Below are positions 49,430-60,265 of a DNA stretch of 60,968 nucleotides, in pieces. The notes beneath the pieces were generated by a model, which saw only the letters and a program-made list of their open reading frames with translations, was not told the origin of the DNA and searched no databases. The DNA is from Octopus bimaculoides. Lineage: Eukaryota. The translations under genes and the position numbers were made by a program. The first letter of the stretch is position 1. Each line of letters opens with the position of its first letter. The stretch covers positions 70,091,506 to 70,152,473 of the forward strand of contig NC_068989.1 of the NCBI RefSeq assembly GCF_001194135.2, read 5' to 3'.

Positions 49430-50232
49430 GCATCGTAGCTGTTGTGATAAGAAACTTGCTTCCCAGTCACATGGTTCCGTGGCACCTTGGGCAAATGTCT
49501 TCTTATAATATGACATGAGAGCTATAGTAGAAGACACTTATCCAAGGTGTTGCCCAATAGGTGGGAATCTGAAACTGTGTGATACAAAATGAGCTCCTTG
49601 ACCACAAAACCTTCAATGGTCAATTTAAACAACAGTCAAGACATTTATTCATCAATTTTATAATTTGGTTTTCTGATTACAAGTTTCAAATTTGGATTTA
49701 AATTTGTACTTATGGATATTGTACCTGTGTTTACTATGTTGTAATGGCTTTTTGATATAGAATATTTTCTTTCATTTTCTTATTTACCTTTTTTTATATT
49801 TTTGGGATGGAGTTTTCATAAAAGTTAGTTTTATATTGTTTTGAAAATGTTCTCAGAAAGGAAATTGAGGTGAGAAGAATATGGTTCATGTAGTTTATAT
49901 TGAATTACAATTTTCTTAGGTCAACGAAAGCCTTATGAGTGGATTTTGAAGACGGAAACTGAAAGAAGCCCATCATATATATTTATATGTATGCATGTAT
50001 ATATATGTATATATTTGTGTTTGTGTGTGTCTGAGCTTGTCCCTCCACCATCACTTAACAACCGATGCTGGTGTGTTTACATCCCCATAACCTAGCAGTT
50101 TGGTAAAAGAGACCAATAGAATAAGTACTAGGCTTATGAAGAATGAGTCCTGGGGTTGATTTCATCATCTAAAGGCAGTACTCCAGCATGGCCGCAGTCA
50201 GATGACTGAAACAAATAAAAGAATAAAAGAAC
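49430..50232 (+). mobile_element. SINE family A fragments (head ~49430-49600; near-complete 3' part ~49925-50232)
   Basis: Family A consensus blocks. Confidence 0.7.
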
Positions 50233-50524
50233 ATACATACATACATACATATATATCTATATAAAGGTGAGTTTAATTAAACTCTAGGCAATGGAATGTC
50301 ATTGATGAGAATTAATTCAATCCAAAATCATCGATGATCTGGCTCGCTTTGTTTGCTGTAAGGAGCCTGTTCTCCCCTGTCAGTCAATAGATATGTGCTT
50401 TGCCCATGGCTAAGAGTTGACTCTTACTTCTAACAAAGCTGGTGCTGATTTGCATCCTTAGTCACTTTATTGACAATTGTACTTGTGCCTTTCGGTTTTT
50501 AAATTGTGAATAACCACCATCATA

Positions 50525-50596
<72 letters not shown>

Positions 50597-50833
50597 CAAT
50601 AATAGGATGAATTCTTTTATAAGAATTTATCAAGTAGCTAGCGTGAAAAAAATCTTATAAGGGAAAAAAACCATCATTTATTCCCCAAAATATGTTTATT
50701 TATATAAGGGCATTACTATACATGAATGCCTCACGCTAAGAGGGACTCTAAGGTCAAACTACCATAATAAACACATTTTTACAGAACGCGAGGAAATGCA
50801 ACTCTCAAAGTTAGCCCCTTAAAAACAGACTAA

Positions 50834-50894
50834 ACTATAGATCATGATTTCGTAGTTATTGCAGTATTATGTAACTTTTACTCATCAGTATAGT
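50834..50894 (-). ncRNA. Type I hammerhead ribozyme, core intact, stem II with two mismatches
   Basis: ACTATA-CTGATGA-GTAA..CTAC-GAAA-TCATGA-TC-TATAGT. Confidence 0.7.
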
Positions 50895-51017
50895 ATGGTC
50901 AAGACACACACTTACATAGATATATAGTGATAAACAACCTTCTATGTACTATGCTGGATATATGAGGTGTTCGTCTGGTATGTTGATTTTTTGTTTATTT
51001 TTATGTGTTTTGACCAT

Positions 51018-51078
51018 ACTATACTGACGAGTAGAAGTTGCATAATACCGCAATAACTACGAAATCATGATCTATAGT
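51018..51078 (+). ncRNA. Type I hammerhead ribozyme, apparently intact; predicted cleavage after 51072
   Basis: Stem I ACTATA/TATAGT; core CTGACGA; stem II GTAG-aa-GTTGC/GCAAT-aa-CTAC with G10.1-C11.1; GAAA; palindromic stem III ATCATGAT; AUC triplet. Confidence 0.8.
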
Positions 51079-51180
51079 TTAGTCTGTTTTTAAGGGGTTA
51101 GCTTTGTGAGTTGCATTTCCTTGCATTCGGTAAAAATGTGTTTATTATGGTAGTTAATATATATATATACATATGTATAC

Positions 51181-51453
51181 TCTTTTACTTTTTTACTTGT
51201 TTCAGTCATTTGACTGTGGCCATGCTTGAGCACTGTCTTTAGTCGATCAAATCGACCCCAGGACTTATTCTTTGTAAGCTTAGTACTTATTCTATCGGTC
51301 CCCTTTGCCAAACCACTAAGTTACGGGGACGTAAACACACCAGCATCGGTTGTCAAGCGATGTTGAGGGGACAGTACCAGTTGGTCACTGAGATCAATGT
51401 AATTTATTTACCCCCTACCCCGAAATTAATGACCTTGAGCCAAAATTTAAAAC
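51181..51453. mobile_element. SINE A 3' half (minus, 51181-51373) abutting SINE C 3' part (plus, 51373-51453)
   Basis: Junction GGGGAC-A-GTACCAGTT; SINE C ends GCCAAAATTTAAAACT(ATT)n. Confidence 0.7.
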
Positions 51454-51469
51454 TATTATTATTATTATT

Positions 51470-51768
51470 TGATGAAAACTCTCAACTTATTTTGTTGAGT
51501 ATGATGTAATGTGTCAGTTGTCCATAACCAGCATACTAAGGTGACACCTTGCTTACTGGTCACGTTTCAAGAACTGTGAAAAATTCTTGCAGTTCCAAGA
51601 AACACTGATTTTTTTAAGGTGTTCTATCTTTACGTTTGTACCAATTTTTGTGAGCCATGTTGGTAGTTGAGTGCTGATACTTCCAAGTGCTCCAATTATT
51701 ATTGGTATCACGTCTACTCTCCTCATTGACCACAACCTTCACATTTCCCACTTCAAATCGTCATAGCA
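51470..51768 (-). mobile_element. R4/Dong-clade RLE C-terminal fragment and 3' UTR
   Basis: YDDLKWE..RLWSMRRVDVIPIIIGALG...LGTARI; (TTA)n on both sides. Confidence 0.8.
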
Positions 51769-51802
51769 TTATTATTATTACTATTACTATTATTATTATT
51801 AT

Positions 51803-51930
51803 TAGATAAATAGAAGAGTTCTTTACTTTTGTATACAATTGACACCATCCATCACTAAGGTAAACATGTTTATCTTAGTGATGGATGGTATCAAACGTAT
51901 ACAAAAGTAAAGAACTCTTCTATTTATCTA
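51803..51930. mobile_element. 128-bp near-perfect palindrome (hairpin MITE-like)
   Basis: 64-bp arms, 4 mismatches, no spacer (centre AAACATGTTT); TA at both ends. Confidence 0.7.
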
Positions 51931-51969
51931 TTATATTTCTGCTGAGCTACTTCAGTCCTTTATATGAAC

Positions 51970-52005
<36 letters not shown>

Positions 52006-52639
52006 CATTGATATTTGCTTTCACTAATTTCATGTAAGTTTTCATCTAATCTTGAGGTGTCTGCAATATATTGGTTCTGTTTTGTTTTCTCTTTTGTTTG
52101 TTGGTTTGTTGGTTTGTTTGTTTTTTTGTTTTGTTTTTCTACAGAATTTGAAGATGTTTGCATTCTGTTGTGACTGGGGTTATTTTTGTTCTCTCCCACA
52201 TTTTGTTATGAAACCTTTCATCTTACAAAAAGGTTATTGTGTCAAACAGGTATTGTGTGAATCAGAAAGAAAAAAAAAACAATAAAACAGGCCTCGTACA
52301 TTGTGTGTGCCATAGCCTTCCTGGCTATTTTTGAGTTCTGTGTTGCTAAGTTGCAGGCCTTGTATGACTTTAAGTAATTTTCTGTTCATATTCTTTCCTA
52401 CACTAATCTTTATTAAAAGTGTTTCTCTCTTTCTCCCTCTCTTTCTGTCTCTGTATTTTTATTTTTCTCTCTCTATCCTCCAACACATTTTGTCCATTTC
52501 CATTTCAATGCATTTGTACTTCAATAGCTTTTGATGCTTCCTTCCTAGAAATATCTTGGTTGGAAAGACATCAAGTTGATTTTTTGTGTATGTGTGTGTG
52601 TGGAGGGGGGTGTTCAGAGTTTTCCTTTACTTTTCTCCC

Positions 52640-52888
52640 TTTATCTTTTATCTTTTGATTATTTGTTTCAATCATTAGACTGCAGCCATACTGGGGTACC
52701 ACCTTGAGGAATTTCAGTCGAATGACTCAACCCCGGTACTTATTTTCTGGTGCTTATTCCATTGGTCTCTTTTGCCGAACCACTAAATTATAAGGACACA
52801 AACACACCAACACCGGTTGTCAAGTGTGGTGGGGGTACAAACACACACTCACACACACACACACACTACACACACACACATATATTTA

Positions 52889-52941
<53 letters not shown>

Positions 52942-53104
52942 GACGGGTTTCTTTCAGTTTCTCTCTACCAAATCCACTCACAAGGCTTTGGTCAGCCTGA
53001 GGCTATAGCAGAAGACACTTGCCCTTGGTACCATGCAGTGGGACTGAACCTGGAGCCATGTGGTTGGTAAGCAAGCTACTTACCACACAGTCACTCCTGC
53101 GCCT
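52640..53104 (-). mobile_element. SINE family A, full length
   Basis: Reverse complement of the family A consensus blocks. Confidence 0.85.
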
Positions 53105-53278
53105 ATATGTATGTATATATAATTTTTTTTTATTGGACTTCAAAGTACACATAAAGCTATTAATAATAGCAAAGCTTCTTACCACACAGTCACACCTACA
53201 TCATTTATTTATTTATATATTTTTAGTATCATAACCATGTCATAGTCACATTTTTTTTTAATTCAGCGTATGTCTACA

Positions 53279-53326
<48 letters not shown>

Positions 53327-53849
53327 CTTTCTTTTTTCTTCATTATTCAGGTTTGCCAAGGACAAATCTACATACTGTCTAATGGAGTTACCTACTTATC
53401 TGATCATACGTGATGACTTAGCTGCTGGAAATGATGTAGTAGATTGTTTATTTATGTTGATTGCACACTTTGCATAAGCTGTCATTCTCTTATTTCATTA
53501 ACTATTTGTGTCTTGTAGAGTTAAAATCAAACCTTCCGCTTCCGTTATTAGTCCAGAGTTTTGTGAGACTTCATTGGTTTCCATACTGGCCCATTTCCTA
53601 GCTTTACAATCACATAGGATACTGACCTGAGAGAAATTTTACTCTTCTCTTTTTCTTTTGCTTTTAAATCACTTTTTGTTTTGTTTTTCTTAACATTTTT
53701 ATGCTGTTTTTTGTTCATTTCTAAACATTTTCCTTCTGTGTAATTAGCTTGTAGTTTATACTGTCACATTTTCTTTACACTGAGATTCTTTTGCTTTCTG
53801 GTTGTTGTTATCAACAGGGTGATTAGCTGAAGGAATCAGGAAGTTTCTC

Positions 53850-54140
53850 AAAGCTAAGCTGCTTTTTCACTGCATGGAGAGGTACTGCAGACATGGGATT
53901 AGAACATTGCAGGAAAGAACCACAAGACAGATTCTCCAAGCTGAGCCAACTGGCATGAGAGCTAGGAGCAGACCAAGAATGAGATGGTTGGATAATATCC
54001 ATAACCTCAGTTGGTCACACTTTAGAATCCAGCCAGAAAATGTAATAACAGTTGCTTCTGATAGGACCTTATGGAGGAGGCATCTGAGGACTCTAACCCT
54101 AATGACCCTCTCAGGGATAGTGGGCAGAGAAGATAAATGG
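53850..54140 (+). pseudogene. RTE-like LINE ORF C-terminal remnant (third subfamily)
   Basis: RYCRHGIR...ILQAEPTGMRARSRPRMRWLDNI...VASDRTLWR. Confidence 0.6.
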
Positions 54141-54486
54141 AAATATATATGGATGGGTGCTTTTTTTTTATTTTACAATCACTTAATTTATATTCCCTTT
54201 ATTTTATTTATAGTTCCTTATTCTCCTACTCAGTCTACTTTTGATTACTTCTAAGACTTTGTTTTAATGTCTGCTGTGGTTACTCTGGGATAAATTGCAA
54301 TTTGTATCTGATTCTTCTTGCCTGTACACATATTCATTTTCTTGCATCCTCTTACAAGAAATAAAGATGGAGGGTTAGAGGAACTCCTCCTTCCCACTCC
54401 CAATGATCAACAACTTGTGAGGGCCACACTAGAGATCTACTGACATCAGGAAAGTGCTAAGCAAATGTGGAGTCTTTCAAACAAAT

Positions 54487-54730
54487 ATCATCATCATCAT
54501 CATTTAACGTTCGCTTTCCATGCTGGCATGGGTTAGATGGTTTGATTGGGACTGGTAAGCCAGAGAGCAGCACCAGGCTCCAGTCATCTGTCTTGACTTC
54601 GTTTCTATGGTTAGATGCTCTTCCTAATACCAACCACTTTACAGAGTGTACCGCATACTTTTTACGTGTCACTGGCACAGGTGCCTTTTACATGTCACCG
54701 GAACTGGTGCCTTCCACATGTTGCTGGTAC
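54487..54730 (-). mobile_element. RTE-type 3' UTR/tail fragment
   Basis: (CAT)n TTTAACGTTCGCTTTCCATGCTGGCATGGGTTAGA... Confidence 0.75.
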
Positions 54731-54978
54731 AGGTGCCATAGTTGTGTAGCCCATCAGAATTCCTTGAACCCAAATTTCTCGGCCCCTTATGTGGTAAAGT
54801 AAATAGTTATTCCACTTTCCATGTAAATACACATGGCTAGGTGAAGGATCTAAAACAAGGGAATTTGTCAAACAATAATCATGTGATTCAATAAAGATGC
54901 ATTGTGAGATACTCTACTTAATTGGGAAACATAAGAGGCATGTCTACAAATGCTAAAGATTCACTGTCATATTTTCAG

Positions 54979-55073
54979 ATATCTTGAAAACTGAGGTCAT
55001 CAGCACCATACAGAAGGAATGCAAAGTGGTAGTAGAATACATTTACCAGTATAAATCTATGAGCATATTCTTT
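54979..55073 (+). CDS. Candidate isolated coding exon (unassigned)
   Basis: CATATTTTCAG acceptor, a single open frame (xILKTEVISTIQKECKVVVEYIYQYKSMSIFF), GTGAGT donor; no protein family recognised. Confidence 0.2.
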
Positions 55074-55440
55074 GTGAGTTGATTTTCACAACCTGCCACA
55101 CAAAATGGTTGCTATTTCCCATACTTTATATACACAACATTTAGTTACTGAAAGAGTGCAATTGCTATACTTGTTTTCTTAACAGAACAATCTAGTGCAC
55201 TCCACTTCCTTGCATTACTCATTCATCTTGATGATATCTGATTTAACTATGTGATGTTTTCATATTTTATCCCAAAACATTGGATCCCATCTAGTTCTGC
55301 ATTTTTCCAATTTGGGAATGTATTTATCTGCTACAAAACGTCTTTAATTATAGAGACTGATTTTTGTTTCTCTACACCGCCCAGTACAATCTTAACTATT
55401 TTAATACATTATACATTTTCATTATATGTGAGAGGAGTGA

Positions 55441-55722
55441 AGGCACATAGCTAAATGGTTAGGGCATTCAGTTTGCAATTGTCCAGTTACGAATTCAATA
55501 CTCAGTGGTACATTGTGTCCTTGAGCAAGGCACTTATTTCATATTGCTCCAGTTTTCTCACCTGATAAAAATGAGTAGTACCTGTAAGTCAAAGGACTGG
55601 CCATGTTACAGGTATGCATGTCTGTGGAGTGCTCAGCCACATACATGTTAATTTCATGAGCAAGCTGTTCCAATTATTGGATCAGCTGAAACACTCATCG
55701 TTGTAACTGACGCTGTGCCAGT
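55441..55722 (+). mobile_element. SINE family D, near full length
   Basis: tRNA-like head (TAGCTAAATGGTTAG; GAATTCAATAC), GTGTCCTTGAGCAAGGCACTT core, AAAATGAGTA. Confidence 0.65.
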
Positions 55723-56422
55723 CATATGTGAAAGGAGACTCCCTTCCCCTTGCAATCTTTACCCACATTTGGTGTTAACGTTTCCGTTGAATGCTCTGAT
55801 AAATCTGAGATTTTATCTTGATTGATTTTGCACTGACAGTTTTTGTTGGCTTGGTTCTAATCTATCACTAAAGTAAATCCTTAGACTCTGAGTAAAATAA
55901 TGAGATTCTAACATGTTTTCTCTTTTTATGTCTTTGTTCATATGTTTTTTTAATCATAGATGGAGTGTCCAGCAAGTTTATAACTGTAAACTCATAAATT
56001 CACCATGAATAATTTATGTCATGATAAATACCTGTAATTTTTTTACATCACTTGAACATTTTATTTTGCAGCAAAATATTGAAAAAGCAGTAAATTCATC
56101 ATAATGCATTTTATCTATAGAGTAACTACACCTTAAAATGTTAGTTAAAATTTCTATTCTCAGAGTGAATAAATACATTGCATTTCCTTAATGCAAAATA
56201 AAGTTTTTCTTTCATTTGTTGCCTTACAGCATATAAAAGAGCCAGTGAAATAAGCTTAATTTTTCTTAACTGCCTGATGAAATATGCATATTTGGTTTCT
56301 CTGCTGTAACATAGGGAAAAATGTATGTGAGTACAAAAATTTAAAGGACTGTATAATGAAAATTTATGTCCCACTCTTCATTTCCTGATGACCTTAAAAA
56401 AACATGATTAGATCTTCTATGT

Positions 56423-56736
56423 CAGGGGCTGGGGAACATTTTTTTACCAATTACTCCAAAATATATTTATTTACCCCACTGATTTGAAAGGAAGCATTCA
56501 TAGATCCTTTGAATTCAAAAGGTTCATCGAATCTATTTTATTGAATCTATTTATATGAATTTATTTGCGCATTTATTACAGTGGACAGATGCAGTGTTGT
56601 CAGAAGAAAAATTTCTATCATAACAAGGAACACATTTCTTTATATAATTTTACTTACATCTAATGAGTCCTCATTACCCCCAAAAATTTCATTTTTACCC
56701 CACTTGGGGTAATTTACCCCGGTTCACTGACCCCTG
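56423..56736 (+). mobile_element. hAT-type MITE with perfect 8-bp TSD
   Basis: CAGGGG...CCCCTG termini; TSD TTCTATGT at 56415-56422 and 56737-56744. Confidence 0.9.
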
Positions 56737-57105
56737 TTCTATGTGCTTGGTAAAAAGTCAAAATACAGTAAATTATATTACTGACACAGGCTACTAGAAA
56801 AAAACTATGTGAACTTATTAGCTTTAAGCTATTATATTTTGATTTGATCTCATGAGGAAATAATGGTCTCAGAGTAGATGTGTAACTGTTCATTAACAAT
56901 GGAAAAAAAATTCAAAGAATTATGAATATCAAATTTATTTAATATGTACAGGAAAAGAAATCAAATTAATTTTATTAAAAAAATATTTTTTTTAAATTGC
57001 AGTAAAAAGTTAACACTATTTTAAAATGAAGGAAGGAAGAAGCATTCTAAAAAGACAAATTATGAACAATGCCTCTTAAATAATATTTCTTTATTTTGAT
57101 ATCCG

Positions 57106-57801
57106 TTATATACTTAAAGTGGTTATACAGTTGAAACCTCAAATCTGTGGTCTTCATCTCAAAAAAGCATCCCTTATAGACGTATAGTATTAAAAAGCAC
57201 TGATACATATCAGTAGCAGACAAAAAACGTCCAGTAGTGGAGGTGGCATTGCTATATATGTATTTCTGCTTCTTTGAACTTCATCAGAAGCAAGTATCTG
57301 CTGGCAACTGCATGCTAAGACAAATTTAGCTTCAACCAATATAGAAAAACAGTGATTGAAAAATCACTAATGCTGCAATTAGCTGACAGGCTGAAAGATA
57401 TTTGTTATTAGTGCCAGAAGCAGTAGTAGTTCAAAATAGCAATCTATATATCATACTTAAATCAGATATACAGTTGAAATCCTGAAAACTGTTGTATTTG
57501 TCTCAAGAAAGCATCTCCTATTCACATATGGAGTTAAAAATCAGTAGAGGTTAAATTAGTCTTAACAAGCAGTTGTTAGTGGATACTTGCAACTTAAAAT
57601 GCTCAAAGAAGCAAATATACATATTTAAAAAATGCCACCATTACTGCTGGAGATTTTTGTCAGTTACTGATATGTAACTGTGTTTTTTAACACTATCCAT
57701 CTATAAGAGATACTTTCTTGAGACAAAAACCAACCACAATTTTTGGGCTTTCAACTGAATATTTGCTTCAGGTATAATATAAGGTTTGCTATTTTGAACT
57801 A
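57106..57801. repeat. Old composite repeat: direct copy, partial direct copy and inverted copy
   Basis: 57106-57300 and 57427-57540 are direct; 57581-57801 is the reverse complement of both (e.g. GTCTCAAGAAAG, TCAGTA.C.GACAAAAA, GGTGGCATT, TAGTTCAAAATAGC). Confidence 0.65.
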
Positions 57802-58508
57802 AAAGTGCCTTTGATGCTTATGACAAAATATGTGAATATGTCTGTGCATGTGCATGTGTGTCTGAATGTATAAATATATGTATGGGTGCGTGTGTGTATA
57901 TAACTATAAATATAGTTATGTATATATATATATGCATGTATATATACTTGCTACTTGATTTGATTAACAGATCTGTTTTTACATTAGTTGTATTACGATA
58001 AAAATGTCAAGTCATAGCTGATAAATAGATGAATAAATAAACAGTGCAAGTTCTTTATATATTGATGGTATTTTTGAAATGGAGACATTTGGGCATTCAT
58101 AGTAATTTATAGCAACTTAGGCTAATCTGATTTGGTTTTATGCAAAGATGGACAGATATGTAGGTGAAAAGGAGAGAGACATAAACAGAAAGACAGAAAC
58201 AGACAGATAGGCTGACAAACAGACAAAGGTGATGGGGAAAAGAGAAAGAGAAATAGAGAGAGAGAGGCTGGCATGTAGAAAAACATTAAGAGAAAATGTT
58301 TGGGTATTTCCTTAAATGAGATAAAAGTCAGATTTCTTAGGGTTATACATAAAACATTAGTAAATTATGAAAAATTCCATAGCATATTTATGTCCTACAA
58401 ATTTTCTCTACTCATCTACTTTTATGGTATCAGATAAATGCCTCTGATAATATTGATGTATAGAAGAAAATGACAGATACATACTTGCATACATGTATGC
58501 TTACATAA

Positions 58509-58547
<39 letters not shown>

Positions 58548-58550
<3 letters not shown>

Positions 58551-59265
58551 CTGCACCCTTCCAATTCAGTGTTCTTCCGAACACTTTATTCATTAAAGCA
58601 CTAGCTAGTTTTAGACCTGGCTGTTTCTCACTAACTACCTCTTTCACTTTCTTTAACCATTCAGCATTTCCATTATGATTAACTGGCTTATTTCAGATAT
58701 TATCCAAAACTTTCTAGGTCCTTTTGCAGTAAGCTTCTCATCTTCAATAAATTCTTGGCAATAAAATCTCCTCTGGCCTGTCTCAAACAATCTGTTCTAT
58801 TGGTACTGATCTATTCTTTTCTGATATCTGGAAAGCTTCCCTGCTCTTGTTATGATATACTGTTTCAGCTCTTCCATGACTATTCCAAATCTTTTCTCTT
58901 TGACTAAGTATTTTTTCTCAAGAGAAGATTTTTAAATCTTGTTTCCTAAATTGTCCTATTTCCAGGCTCCTATTCTATTCTGACTTTGGTTTAAAGTTTT
59001 CACTTTATTTTCTAATCTCTTGTTCTACATCTGCTCCTTCCTAGTAATTTCTTGAGGAATACCTAGTCCGCTAGTAACTATTACTCCTCTTGCATAACTC
59101 AATAAGGTACCTATATTTCTAGCATTTATCCTACTGATAGCAGCACCTAATTTCCTAGTAATATCTAGCAATTTTCTTCTATTAACACCTTTTAGTGCTG
59201 GTAATCTTTGTATTTCTTCTTCACTCAGTACTTCCTTTAACTCATCTAAAATCTAACTGGTAGTG
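58548..59265 (-). pseudogene. R4/Dong-clade pre-RT N-terminal region remnant
   Basis: ELKQ...KLSRYQKRIDQY.*NRLFET.QRRFY...KFW...HNGNAEWLKKVK...NWKGAG, i.e. the region up to the NWKxPGPD start of RT. Confidence 0.65.
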
Positions 59266-59351
59266 CTATTATTTTTTCTTGTAAGTTCTTTATTATTATT
59301 ATTATTATTGTTATTATTATTGTTATTATTATTATCATTATTATTATTCAC

Positions 59352-60171
59352 TAGTCTTATTTTTATCACGTGCTTTCACTGCACTACCGAGCACAGCTCT
59401 GTGTGCCTTGGATATGTGCTGTGGTTTGTTGTGATGCTCTTATTGTTACTGTATTGATAATGTTTTACATAGGATATGTGCAGTGCCTAGTAGAGCTATT
59501 TTCTGTATGTTATATATACGTATTAGTCCTGGTGTTTTTCTTACGTATTTGTCTGAATATTTTTTTTTATCATACCTAATGCACCTACTATGATAGGAAA
59601 TGTACCACATTCAAGTTACCTCTATTTCCAGGTCTTTGTATTTTGAAAGTTTCTCCATTTCTTTTAGAGAAACATTGTCATCTGTTGGTATTGATACATC
59701 AATTAGGAAGCATTTATTTTTCTTGATGATCTCCAACAACATCTGGCCTATTGGCCTTAATTTCTCTATCTGTGTGTATTGGCATATCCCACAGTATGGT
59801 TTCTTTCTCATTTTCTGTGATCTTTTCTGGTGTGTGCCTATACCATCTTTTTTCTGTAGTTGACATAGCTCCCAGTGTATATAGATTCCAACTCTGTCGT
59901 GTCTGTAAATATATTTCTTCTTAGCCAGGACTGAGCAGCCAGAGACAATATGGTTTGTTGTTTCTTGTCTATCTCCACATATTCTGCAGTTACTTGTTTC
60001 TAGGATCCATGTGTGGGCAACACTATCAAAAGCCTTTCGGTAGTCGATCCAGGCCATACTGAGGTCTTTCTTCTTTCTGCGGTTGTCTTCAGTTCTGGCT
60101 TTATTGATCATTAGTTGATCTTTACAGTCGTATGAGCCCTTGCAGCATCCCTGCTGCTCTTCTGGAAACTT
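59352..60171 (-). mobile_element. R4/Dong-clade element with large in-frame internal deletion and complete 3' end
   Basis: PEEQQGC..CKDQL...AWIDYRKAFDSVAHTWILE fused to TSNCRICG...HIVSGC..LA...RHD; then RLE LIDVSIP.D...KE.EKLSKYKDL, IIVGALG, LLGTAHIL; 3' UTR and (AAT)n. Confidence 0.85.
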
Positions 60172-60230
60172 ATTATTATTATTATTACTGTTGTTGTTGT
60201 TGTTGTTGTTGCTGCTGCTGCTGCTGCTGC

Positions 60231-60265
<35 letters not shown>

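Larger units (their letters stand above)
50594..51155. mobile_element. ORF-less PLE-terminus-like element: inverted repeat (~150 bp arms) with two outward-reading hammerheads
   Basis: Arms 50757-50908 and 51004-51155, ~95 bp spacer; the left copy extends to the (TA)n at 50593; TA-rich on the right. Confidence 0.75.

Noticed and set aside
51870-51905. Hammerhead inside the 128-bp palindrome (GTGATGG...CAAACGTA)
   Set aside because: The core deviates at several invariant positions in both arms and stem I does not pair.
54968-55004. Minus-strand CTGATGA...GAAA hammerhead
   Set aside because: No stem II closing pair, no UH site and no stem I.
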